This document shows, one piece after another, positions 15,401-25,854 of a DNA stretch of 64,000 nucleotides. Within the stretch, counting starts at the first letter, position 1. Every line of letters starts with the position of its first letter. Under the pieces are notes generated by a model. It saw only the letters and a list, made by a program, of their open reading frames with translations. It searched no databases and was not told the origin of the DNA. Position numbers and translations under genes: made by a program. Source of the stretch: Strigamia acuminata (lineage: Eukaryota); NCBI GenBank assembly GCA_949358305.1, contig OX442314.1, forward strand, positions 13,888,001-13,952,000. The letters run 5' to 3'.

Positions 15401-15472
15401 GGACGTTAAGTATTGGTCAGTCAGCAGGATACCATCATTTGCCGCCGTTAGGTTAAAAGAAACCGTGTGGAT

Positions 15473-15582
15473 CACTAGCTGTATTCAAAAACTAAAATAT
15501 TTTGTGTTTTACTTCAATTTTAAACCAAAAATGACATCATTTTCCTTAAAATTGTTATTTTGATTTTTGAATGCAGCTAGTG
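15473..15582. mobile_element. 110-bp mini inverted-repeat element abutting a hAT TIR fragment
   Basis: CACTAGCTGTATTCAAAAACTAAAATA pairs with TATTTTGATTTTTGAATGCAGCTAGTG. It overlaps TAGTGTTTCTCAAACTGTGGG, which resembles the hAT TIR of the 16244 family. Confidence 0.65.
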
Positions 15583-16243
15583 TTTCTCAAACTGTGGGCC
15601 ACGAAATGTTTTTTTTTAAGATGTAAAAAATAAAAGTTTCAAGAAATTGCAAAAGGGAAGACAAAACAATGCAATGTGTTTCTGTCTAAATTGTAGAGGA
15701 GGTTGTGGACCAAATGCTTGTCCCATTCTGTCGACTTGTTGGTAGAATCCCCATTAGTTTCTAAATATATTCAAAAGAAAACATAGAATTGACGCCATTA
15801 TCGAATTTCATTACCCTTATGAATTTAATTGAATTGGCAAGTATGAACAAATTGATAAAATTGTTTAAGGATTTAATTAAAACTTCCGACATGTTTCATA
15901 ACTGAAAAGATTTAAATCCTTGATGACTTTTCTTGAATTCGTAAGAAATGTAAGAATTTGGAAGTACTGATCGACCAAATTGGAAAGGAAAAAAAATGAA
16001 AATGGCAAAAGTTTTGCCCAAGATGAAATGACTAAATTAATTGTCTTAATTTGCATGAAGATTGCAAACATCTTGTTCAATTAATTTTGATGCGGAGATA
16101 AATCAGGCTAAAGAAGTGTCTGCCACTCAATCATTAGAAAATGTTGGTAATGTATTTTTACTTGAATTGTTAATTAATCAGTAAAGAATTTACAGATCTA
16201 AGCTGTCTTATTACAAATTAAGAATTTTACCGCACTATTATTT

Positions 16244-16618
16244 CAGGGGTTCTCAAACTTTTTACCATTGCGACCCATTTTTAAGAAAAGCGATCTTCCG
16301 CGTCCCACTTCATCATTGGTGCATTACATTTTTCCCATCCTGCACAATTCATCACTTTGGGACTTAGAATAGCTACAAACCTCTATTTCTGGGAGTTTTG
16401 GCTGGTTTTTGGAGGTTTTGAGAGATTTTTGTGAGGATTTTGAAGCTTTTACTAGCTTGCGGTGTATTGCAACCAACTGCAGGCAGTAAGTTAGAATTGG
16501 AATTGACAAAAACTGAAGAAAAAAAAATTAAAAACAAAGTTTGCAAACAAAACTTTTGGACGAACACGGATGCACTCCACCAAAAATCAGCTTGCGCCCC
16601 ACAGTTTGAAAAACGCTG
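16244..16618. mobile_element. hAT/Charlie-like MITE (copy 1)
   Basis: TIRs CAGGGGTTCTCAAAC ... GTTTGAAAAACGCTG, degenerate 8-bp TSD (TATTATTT / GTTTATTT). A homologous copy is at ~50500-50992. Confidence 0.8.
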
Positions 16619-17988
16619 GTTTATTTGATTGAATTTCAAGGTTTATGGGTTTATGGAAGAATTGTGAAGTGAGATTTTTATTCCTTTTGTAGAATTTGGG
16701 ATCAGCAGTTTAAACAAGTTCATACTAGAGGGCGCCACTTGACGGAGGATCTGCAGTTGTGGTTTTTGATCACATGAGGGCAGCATCGAGACTGAGGTTC
16801 GAAGTCTTCGAACAATCTCGTACCTCCAAAGATTTTGGATTAATGCGAATCCGAGCTAAGAAAATCTTTGCATTTCTTGGAAATCCTCCTAAAAATTAAC
16901 ATTTAGATGATATATTTTGAGAAGAAAACATAGATCGATTGCAATGTTTACAAAACATACAGCATGAGATGTGTAGTGTAAGTGATTTTTATCAGTGCCG
17001 TTCCCAAATAACGAAATACGCAATTTCCAATCACGTGATACGGGGCTCTCTAATTGGACAATTATTTTATTTTTCTTTGTTGCTAAATTAGATCGATGTG
17101 AAAAAATTGAGTATTTCATTGTTTTGGAATTACATTCTCAAAAATCACTAATTCCATAAATTTCTGCATAAATCCATGTAGTTGGATAAAAACTTGATAT
17201 TAAGGTGTCAAGGAATGTCATCAAATTTTCATCAGATTGCACGAGTTTCTGCACAAATTTATGAGAGTTTTAAATTCCGTAGAAATCCCTTTTTGAAGGA
17301 TATTAAGTTTTCAAGGAATCATCAATTCAAAAGAATTTCTATCGGTTTGTATGCATTTCCCCGGATCGGTTGTCAAGGATTTGCATGTATTATTACTGAT
17401 TTTACATGAATTTCCACGTGTAAATGGATTGAATAGATTTCTCCGAATAAGTCGCAGTTTTACATATAGCAATTTATGTTGTGTCTAATAGAAAGGAAAG
17501 AAAGTAATGAAATTCCTCAGCAACGTGGAAAATTTCTCCTTTCGTAGAATATCCCAGTTAGTACAAAGATTCTTTCTGGATCGACCATTCAAACCTAGCG
17601 CCATCCTTTTTCTACCTAAAGCCCTTTTAGGGCTCACATCCATGAACTAATTAAAAGCTGCGGGGTTGGCAAATAACGGGCACCCGATCGCCATGGTACC
17701 TGGTAATTGAATTGAAACCTCTCAAATTACACAACTTTAAACCAGGATGACCAGATTTTGGAAATAAAAAACTGGGAAACTCTTAGTCATGACATATGCG
17801 TTACGAAATTACCCAAAAAATTATCCATACAAACCGTAAACAATGACTGCACACTTACTCCGAATGCCGGGACTAGAACTGGTTAAAGTGTGAACCATTA
17901 CTCTTTGGTGTGTACATTTTAACTCCATCTTGTTCTTAATGTAATAATCAAGAAGTCGTTGATGTTTCAGAGAAAGTTTGGAAATGTA

Positions 17989-18576
17989 TATTTCTCACAA
18001 GTAAAAATGGTTTTAGGAGGATTTAAAGGATTGTTAGAGCTATCATTTCGTTAAAAGTTTTTTGGAACCAAATGAATAGTTAAAGAGAAAAAAATTAAAA
18101 ACTCCAAAAAGTGACTATTTACAATATTTCTCATAACTTGTAAACAGAATGAGATTAAATTAAAAACTAATCAGATTTGAGACCGTCTATATCTCAGGAA
18201 ACTTTTCTATATTGGATGTATGGATCTCCAAGGCCCTCAAAAAAGGTGTAATGGAGCTATGTAAAGGGGTAGACAACCACTATTTTTCGAAAAATTGTGG
18301 CGAGTACAACTGTTGATGAATCAAGTCATAACTATAACATGTTATAGTACGACACAATAATGCTTCAATTCTAAAGTTGTTTCGATTCGCACACAGTTTT
18401 TAATTTTATCTCATTCTGTTTACAAGTTATGAGAAATATTGTAAATATAGTCACTTTTTGGAGTTTTTAATTTTTTTCTCTTTAACTATTCATTTGTTTC
18501 CAAAAAACTTTTAACGAAATGATAGCTCTAACAATCCTTTAAATCCTCCTAAAACCATTTTTACTTGTGAGAAATA
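17989..18576. mobile_element. Foldback-type MITE with ~180-bp terminal inverted repeats
   Basis: 17989-18168 is the near-perfect reverse complement of 18395-18576, with few mismatches. The outermost TA dinucleotides may be a TA TSD. Confidence 0.88.
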
Positions 18577-18681
18577 GTTTCTGAGAAATTTCAAATATTA
18601 AAAGTTCCAAAAAATAGAGTATGCCATTTTTTTTGGCAAGGAGTTGTATAACATTATTCATTTGTAGTTTTCTTATTGTGG

Positions 18682-18727
18682 GCGGAGCCAAACTGCATTA
18701 CGTCATAATTTTCCAATGGTCTATTGA
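18682..18727 (+). repeat. 46-bp dispersed repeat, second copy at 21658-21703
   Basis: GCGGAGCCAAACTGCATTAYGTCATAATTTYCCAATGGTCTRTTGA, with 3 mismatches between copies. Probably a MITE end. Confidence 0.8.
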
Positions 18728-19432
18728 TCAATTTTTAAATGTCCGGACATTTTATCGTCTGACAAAACATCCGAAACTAGGACATCTGGTCACTCTGCTA
18801 AAAAAATTATTAACTACTAGGACGGCCTGTTACTGTTAGATATTCAAAACAAATCCATGTAAATCTGCTAAAATTACAGTGTGTGCCTAGTCCTGGTTTT
18901 CTCATTTTTTAGAGTTAATATTGTGCCAGATTACATGGTTAGATGGCAGCAGTGGTTTAAGAGCGGTGGAAAACAAAAAAAATGTATTAATATTTTTTAA
19001 AGCTAATTATCATAAGATTTTATTAATATTTTAAGCAAATGTTTTTCTTGAGTTACAAGGAGTTATGAGATTCACAAATCTTTGATAGTACAAAGTTTCC
19101 TCGAGTGAGGGCCTCGTCGATGCTTGATGGCGAAATGATCTACTTTCAAAAACGGACATTAGACGGCGCCAGCTTGTAATGTGCCATCTGTTGGCTTTTT
19201 GCGAGAACTTGAGGCTTTACTTATTCATTAGGAAGCTGTAAATAAAATAAGAGCTGACTTTTAGGAAGATTAGAGTTGAATTTGTTTAGAAACTTCTCTT
19301 TACACCAATTTAATTTTTTCATGGCTGGAGTAGGTTATTAGAAATATGACACATGTTTAAATTTATAATAACGAATCCCTCGCCGTCTCTTCCGGCATGG
19401 GATAACAAGCCAGCGGAAAAGCAGCATCCGCT

Positions 19433-19446
19433 GTAACCATAGCAAC
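19433..19446. promoter_or_regulatory. X-box (RFX-binding) consensus match GTAACCATAGCAAC
   Basis: Exact match to GTNRCC-AT-RGYAAC inside a GC-richer block. Function untested. Confidence 0.35.
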
Positions 19447-21282
19447 ACGTCCCTCGCTCCAATATCAATAAGAATGACACAGAGTCTCGACGAATGGAAT
19501 AAGGGATCTTGAATATAATTCGGCGCATCGCGTCTGATCAGACATTAGTTGGAACGAAGCAGAATGTTAATGCTGCTCCTCTTGACACTGAAGAATCTTG
19601 ACATAGTTTCCCAAGTAATATGCACATGTATTTTCCGTCACACAACAGAGGCAGGCCAGGGAGTGACATGGAGCGTTTATTGAGATTTTCTCTGATAACC
19701 CTCCAGGCAGCTTTTACTGCCATATTTACTGCGATGACTCATGCTGGCTGTGATCATTTTTATGGAGGAGGGGTGTCACTAGCAACATAAAATTGACCCG
19801 GTGAAAATACACAATTCACCCTTCCATAGCGAAAAAAATCGTTTTTCACGTAAAATTTCTGCTTTTTGTGCGGTAAATGTCAAAATAAAAAATAAAATAT
19901 TTCAAAGGAAAAAAATTTTGTTTAGAAAGGCGCTTTATGTTTGAAAGGAAACAAATTTTGGATTGTAAATTGATGAGAATTGATGAAAAGGATGAATTAT
20001 GAATTATATGGAATATTAAAATGTATAAGTTCATACGTTAATAAGTTTATTTAAATGAAATAGTCGGGTAATGGCGGTTGAAGAAGATGTGATACTTGAA
20101 AAAATGAGTAAAATGGGTTCTCTGTTTTTTCTGTCGTTACGTACACGTCCCGATCTACAATATGCAATTAATTATAATATTCCAGGTTTATTTTATTTGC
20201 CATTTACTAGTAAATCCCAAAACTAAACTGTAAAGACACAAAATCGAAGGAATCTTTCACATTCGTAGTTAAGGTTTGTTTTGTCTTCTGTTTTTGCTGC
20301 TTATATAAACAGAAGCTTTGAGAATGTATAAAAAATGTCGCAATTGATTTTATTTTTTAAAATTTTTTTTTACATTAAAAGTTGAAGAAATTTAAAAATT
20401 CGATAAAATCAATTGCGAGACTTTTTGCCGGACATTCAGAACATTCCTGCCGATAGTAATTTTCTTGCAATAACTTGACCCTTGAATGAAGAAGGCTCAG
20501 CATAGAAAATTGTATTGTTGTATGCCCAAAATTCCTAAGATTTTTGTCCCAGAAAATGCCTCTAAACAAGTTGACTTTTGGCATTTGTTGATCTTTTTCC
20601 GCGTCATTTAAGGTCGGCCAATTGAATTCGCTACTCTAGAGCATCACCAGAAAACAAAAATTAGATAGTTTAAAAGAAAATATTTATCTGAATTAATATT
20701 TGGGCAAAATGATATGTTGTTGGAGGAGAAATCACCAATAACCTTTTTCTGGTCAGTCAACCTTAATAAAATGCAGTTAGCTTAAGGTTACTCAATTTTG
20801 ATTATGTTGACATTATTTCTCTTTCAAACGAAGAGTTGATTAAAGTTGGCACAATGCGACCAGCGAATCCCACGCTCACAGCGCACCGACACATGAGATT
20901 ACAAATCAAAGGGTCGGACGCTGTTTTACCATCGAAAAAATGATAAAAACCTCAAAGAAAAACCATTAGCCATTGTCATAAAATGTGTGGCAATATCCAT
21001 TGTTAATAAAGACGGAGACGTGTGAGATTAGCAACAGATGGCGGTGCCCTCATAATAGAAAGTTATGCGGAATTAACAATAGATGGAGATATAAAAATCA
21101 TGGCGGACAGGCAAGATGGCGAAATGCATACACTATATAAGGCTCATTCGCATTCACAAAGTAATTTATACAAAAAAGCATTTTAAACAACACATTCACA
21201 GCTTGTTTATATTTTTTAAGTGAAACTTCTTTTGGCGCAGTAGTGATTCCATACCAGAAATGACGAATGAGTGACAGAGGCG

Positions 21283-21437
21283 CAGTGCTGGACTGGCCCG
21301 GCGGGCTACCGGGAGTTTCCCGGTAGCCCGTGACCGCTGTGGCCTGTCGCGGCCCACTGTGGCCTGTCCTGACTTCATTAATTGTGGCCCGGACACTCAG
21401 ATTTCCAGGCAATAAATTTGTTCCCAGTCCAGCCCTG
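21283..21437. mobile_element. 155-bp hAT-type MITE
   Basis: TIRs CAGTGCTGGACTGG / CCAGTCCAGCCCTG, and a perfect 8-bp TSD CAGAGGCG at 21275-21282 and 21438-21445. GC-rich compared with the flanks. Confidence 0.9.
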
Positions 21438-22822
21438 CAGAGGCGATGTAATAATGAGGGAGAGGTGGAGAACAATACAAACACACGGCGGTGAGGGGAG
21501 GGGTGGAGAACAATGCAGGACAATTGATAAAGTTATTAACACGTTTGTTATTTGGTGTTAACATCTATTTTCGAATAGATCTTTGGAAAAATGAGGTTAG
21601 GTGATATGACCATGTGATCGTAACAATGGTTGCCCTCCTTCTGTGAGACAAACCATTGCGGAGCCAAACTGCATTATGTCATAATTTCCCAATGGTCTGT
21701 TGAGGGTGCCATTACAGTGACATCATATTCTTGATTTTGTTGGTTAGCGTGGTTATGGGCCTAACGATATTGTCAAAGGGAAAACAACTGAAACACCGAA
21801 CACATGATAATTTCACTTATGTGAAGAAGTTTCTCTTCTACTAGTCAAAATGTAAAAAAAAACTGCCTGTCTCTATCTATCTTCAAAGATGGTGGCTCGT
21901 TTAGTCTGTTTTTAGTCGCAGTGGGCAACAACAAAACATGTTTAACGACCATACAAGTTACACATGAATGCACCTGCTGCAACAACTCCACTCAATTTGT
22001 TTGTCGAGAAATATAAAATGTGTGGCGCCAGTTTGCATCGACAATATCTATCAAGATGGATGTCATTGATAAGGCAAAGCATATCTTTACTGTATATCCG
22101 AGTGGAGTTTAAAACTTCTCCGAGGAATTTATAACTGGGCACCGTTTTAATGTCTGCCTTTAGGGTCGAATCATGAGTTTGACATGATTTACACAAGGCC
22201 CTTCTCCCTGTGGAAATAAATTTAGATAGCTAGCACCTTTACCCAAGGTCTGGTTTGTTGTTGATGTGAGTCTTTCAACGTGCCTAATTAGGCTTAAGTC
22301 TTAGTTGGCGGTGCTGAAGGAGTAAATTGGGCATTTTGTAATTGCGGCAAGAGTTTGATTGCATTACGGTTGTGTTGGTTATTGAATTTACTTGTCATCG
22401 GATGAGTTAAAATGATTGTGCAAGCACTGAATAATTGAATACTTTCGCCAAAGAGGCGAAGGTTATAAGATTCATTTGAGTATACAACACACACGTGCAA
22501 TCCTTTCAGCACCAGTAGTCACGATCTCAGTCGACTGAAGTGGACTGAAGAAGAGGAACGGATCGGACAAGGGAAAGGTTCGGCCAGGCAGTGTAATAAA
22601 CTTTTACGGCTCGCCGATTTCATGGCTAATCAAAGCTTTAAATCATTGAAGGAACAATTTTTTTTTTGGCGGTGGTTTCTGCAATGACTGGTCAATGAGG
22701 ATATTTTTATTTGCACGTTAAACTTGCACGTGACGTGGTTTTTTTTTTTTTTTTTTTTTTTTTTCTTTCTCTCGACGCTTTTTGCACATTTTTTCTCCCG
22801 GTTGCAGCACTTTTGTGTCATT

Positions 22823-22897
22823 ATGTTTTCTTATCATACGGCGGCTATGATTACTCAATTAAGAAATGGTTTTTTGTTGTTCGGTGCGTGGGATAAG
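22823..22897 (+). CDS. Candidate alternative first coding exon (MFSYHTAAMITQLRNGFLLFGAWDK)
   Basis: ATG-initiated, 25 codons, ending AAG|GTTTGT in phase 0, 661 nt upstream of the phase-0 acceptor at 23559. CACGTGACGT (E-box/CRE-like) lies just upstream at ~22727. Confidence 0.4.
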
Positions 22898-23558
22898 GTT
22901 TGTTCGTGCTGAGGTTTCATAAGTTAAACTTAGGGAAAAATGGGTGTCGTTGGTTTAATTACAGTTTAGATGATAATTATGTAGATAGTGTGCTTGTTTA
23001 TGACGGATTTGGTAGCGGAACTCGTGTTTTGGGCTTCACGAATGTGGGAAAATAATAGAATTTGAGATTTGTGCAATAATGTGATTTTTATCTGTACGTA
23101 GTGAACCGTTATTGTTGTGCTGCTTGCTTTGTCAAGTGATTGAGATGGAATAAAGGTTTAAAGTTTATGATACCAATAAAGTATGTTGTTGTTGATGAAC
23201 TATCTCTTTTTTTTTGGTTCTCGGGACGGACATTAAAATCTGTGCGTTTGGTCTATCTAAAGTTGCTTTATTTCGTTCAGTGTTTTCACCTTCTTCTTAG
23301 AAAGGCATTTTTAGATTTTTAATTTCCTGTAAAAGTGTCGGTATGAAATGGAAAACTTCACCATAGAAACCAACAGTAATATCCAAAATTCAATCAATTC
23401 TTTACATTTCAATATATTCAATATTATTTTACATTTATTAGTTGCCAAATACATAATTCCTTGTTTGATTTTATTTTTATTTTTGTGTAAAAATGTATAA
23501 ATTTTTTTAATTAAAAAAAATATTCATTAATTATTTTTAATTTCCTTTGTCGTTTCAG

Positions 23559-23621
23559 CTCGCTGAGTTGGAGCACCGTGTGATAGATGCAGAAGCTCGT
23601 GCTGAAGAAGCCGAAGAAAAG
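23559..23621 (+). CDS. PLEKHH: PLEKHH1/2 (MAX-1-like) homologue, internal coding exon, coiled-coil N-terminus (LAELEHRVIDAEARAEEAEEK)
   Basis: Preceded by a pyrimidine tract and tttcAG, followed by AAG|GTAGAG. 63 nt, phase 0-0. The translation resembles, from recall, the vertebrate PLEKHH1 segment MQELEQRLLEAEQRAENAETQ. Not in the ORF track because it is too short. Confidence 0.85.
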
Positions 23622-24442
23622 GTAGAGATAAATTCTTATCATGTTTTATATTTATAAGATTAAACTAAAAGAGAAAAAAAGAAAGTAAAGAAGAGATTAT
23701 GTTACCTTGTGAAATTGAGTAAATTTGGTTTAGTGCTGGAGTCTGCATCTGAGGGATGTAATTACATTTGGGATGGCGGACAAAAGATGCTGGAACCTAA
23801 ATCTAGTCTTCATCTAGTCTTCAATTTGCCAGCACACACTGCCGAGGTGTTTGTTTGCGTGTTGTTATCTGCGACTGTGGCTGTTGTCACATTTCCATTG
23901 CACGCTACACATTTTACTTTTCCCTTTCTCAAGTCAACATGGTTTAACAACTGTTTAAAGTCTGTTTAGTCAGACATTTGGCTTGTCAGGGAATATTTCC
24001 AGAGTGATTAGGCTTTTTTCCTTTTTATTATAAATACATTTGACTCAATAGAATATATAAATTTTGTAAATTTGGTAAAATTTTGATGGATTATTAAATT
24101 TTTGAGTATACTCTGATTTACAAAACTTCCTTCAAACTCACATTAGCTATTGACCTGTCCACAGCCATTGCATCATGTATACAAATGAATAATAGAAAAG
24201 TAGTTTGGAAGCGCACCTATCGACAACAAGAGGACGTTGATTGAAAATAGCATCGTAGTGGCTACTTTTTTTCGGCCCGTATATAAAAAAATGCAGACGA
24301 CGTGAAATAATGAAACAACTCCTATATTAATAAAACTTAAAACTTATCTCAAGTGTAACAAATGGTTTCTTTACTTGCGTTTAAAATGCATTGTTGTGTC
24401 CAAGTTTTTAACAAAACAAGGATTTTTCTTGGGATCTACAGG

Positions 24443-24770
24443 CCGGCTAGCATATTGGCAGAACCTTGGACGAACACTAGTGTTAGTGTGTTAGTGTGTT
24501 TTGGCAACAACGGTGGCCAGGAGTGACTAATGACTCAATAACTTGAAAATCACCGTCTAACCTAACTTGACCTGACCTGACCTAACCTAACCCAACCTAA
24601 CTGAGTCACACAAAGCAAAACACAGCAAAACAAATCAAACTAGCAAGCAAACAGATGATAAATTCAAAAATTTTAAAGCAGAATTATGATTTTCAAGTTA
24701 TTGAATCATTAGTCACTCCTGGTGCATTGTTGTAGCTGAAATCGGGTATGTTCTGCCAATATGCGGCCGG
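24443..24770. mobile_element. Palindromic MITE with central (CCTAA)-like repeats
   Basis: Outer IR CCGG..GCATATTGGCAGAAC / GTTCTGCCAATATGC.GCCGG. Inner 36-bp IR 24517-24552 versus 24687-24722. The centre has CTAACCTAAC/CCTGA repeats. Confidence 0.8.
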
Positions 24771-25823
24771 GCTATGCAGTAGCGCCACTGAAATATGACG
24801 TTTTCATGACATTCTTGAGCCTCAGCAACATCAAAGGAACCGACACCAAGTTACCATTCTGTTTGTTTTATTCTGTGGTGATATGCCCAACCAATGGGAG
24901 CTTGTCATAAGTTCTCTGAAACAGAGAATGCTATACAGTGAACCCCTTTTAAATCTGGCGTAGCCAGGTACACCAAAAGAGCACGGTCTAGCTAGAGGAA
25001 TGCTCAGTCTAGAGAGTCCACTGTATTTAATTATTTGACAATTAAAAGTTTTTAGTAAAGGACTCAGGGCCTCTGCCACAAGAGTAAATCCAGCCCTGGC
25101 TTAAAAGGCAACCTGCGAGCGAAATAACCAACAATGGGCCTTTTTATGACTAATTTGAGAATTTTTGGTCCAACATATCCAAATTCTTGATAATTCTTTT
25201 TACAAATTTTAGAATTTTTGCAAGCACTTTTCTTTTAATGTGGTACTGTTAGCGTAATTAAGAAGATCGAAAGTAAACTTTGAAAAATAAATAGCAATTG
25301 GATTGTTATCTAACATTTTAATTTGTTTTCAAAGTTTGGCGATCGTAAGTGTCAAGAGAGACTCTTCACCTGGTTTATTTACATCTTTTAAAATTGGCAA
25401 GATAATTGCTGTTGCCAGGTTTATTTCACACTCTCTCAACCGGGCTTAAGTCAAAGGCAGTGGCATAAATAAAATAGGCTATAAATTTCCCTTCAAGTCT
25501 CTAGTTTTGACAACACAATTGGTATAAGTTGAAAACAAGATGTATATGAATTTTCACACATGGAAACAAAGATATTGCTTACAAGTTAGCATCAGTAATT
25601 GTTGTTTATTTTAATTCCAGCACTTACTGCTAAAATAGTTAGTATGAACGTTATAATGGGATTTAATGTAATGGGTAAGTAGTAATGGGATTAAATTATT
25701 TGTACACTATTTTCCCTTATTTTTTACACTAAAAATTCCTGACTTTTACACTAAATTTCTGAATATCACCACTATTTTCCCTTATTTCTACACAAAATAT
25801 ATTCATACACATCAAGGACTGGT

Positions 25824-25854
25824 TTAGGTTAGGTTAGGTTAGATTAGGTTAGGT
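25824..25854 (+). repeat. Interstitial (TTAGG)n tract, about 6 units
   Basis: TTTAGGTTAGGTTAGGTTAGATTAGGTTAGG read directly from the sequence. Confidence 0.85.

Noticed and set aside
20608..20766. TTAA-flanked element with weak TIRs (Kolobok-like)
   Set aside because: The inverted match is short and interrupted, so it could be chance.
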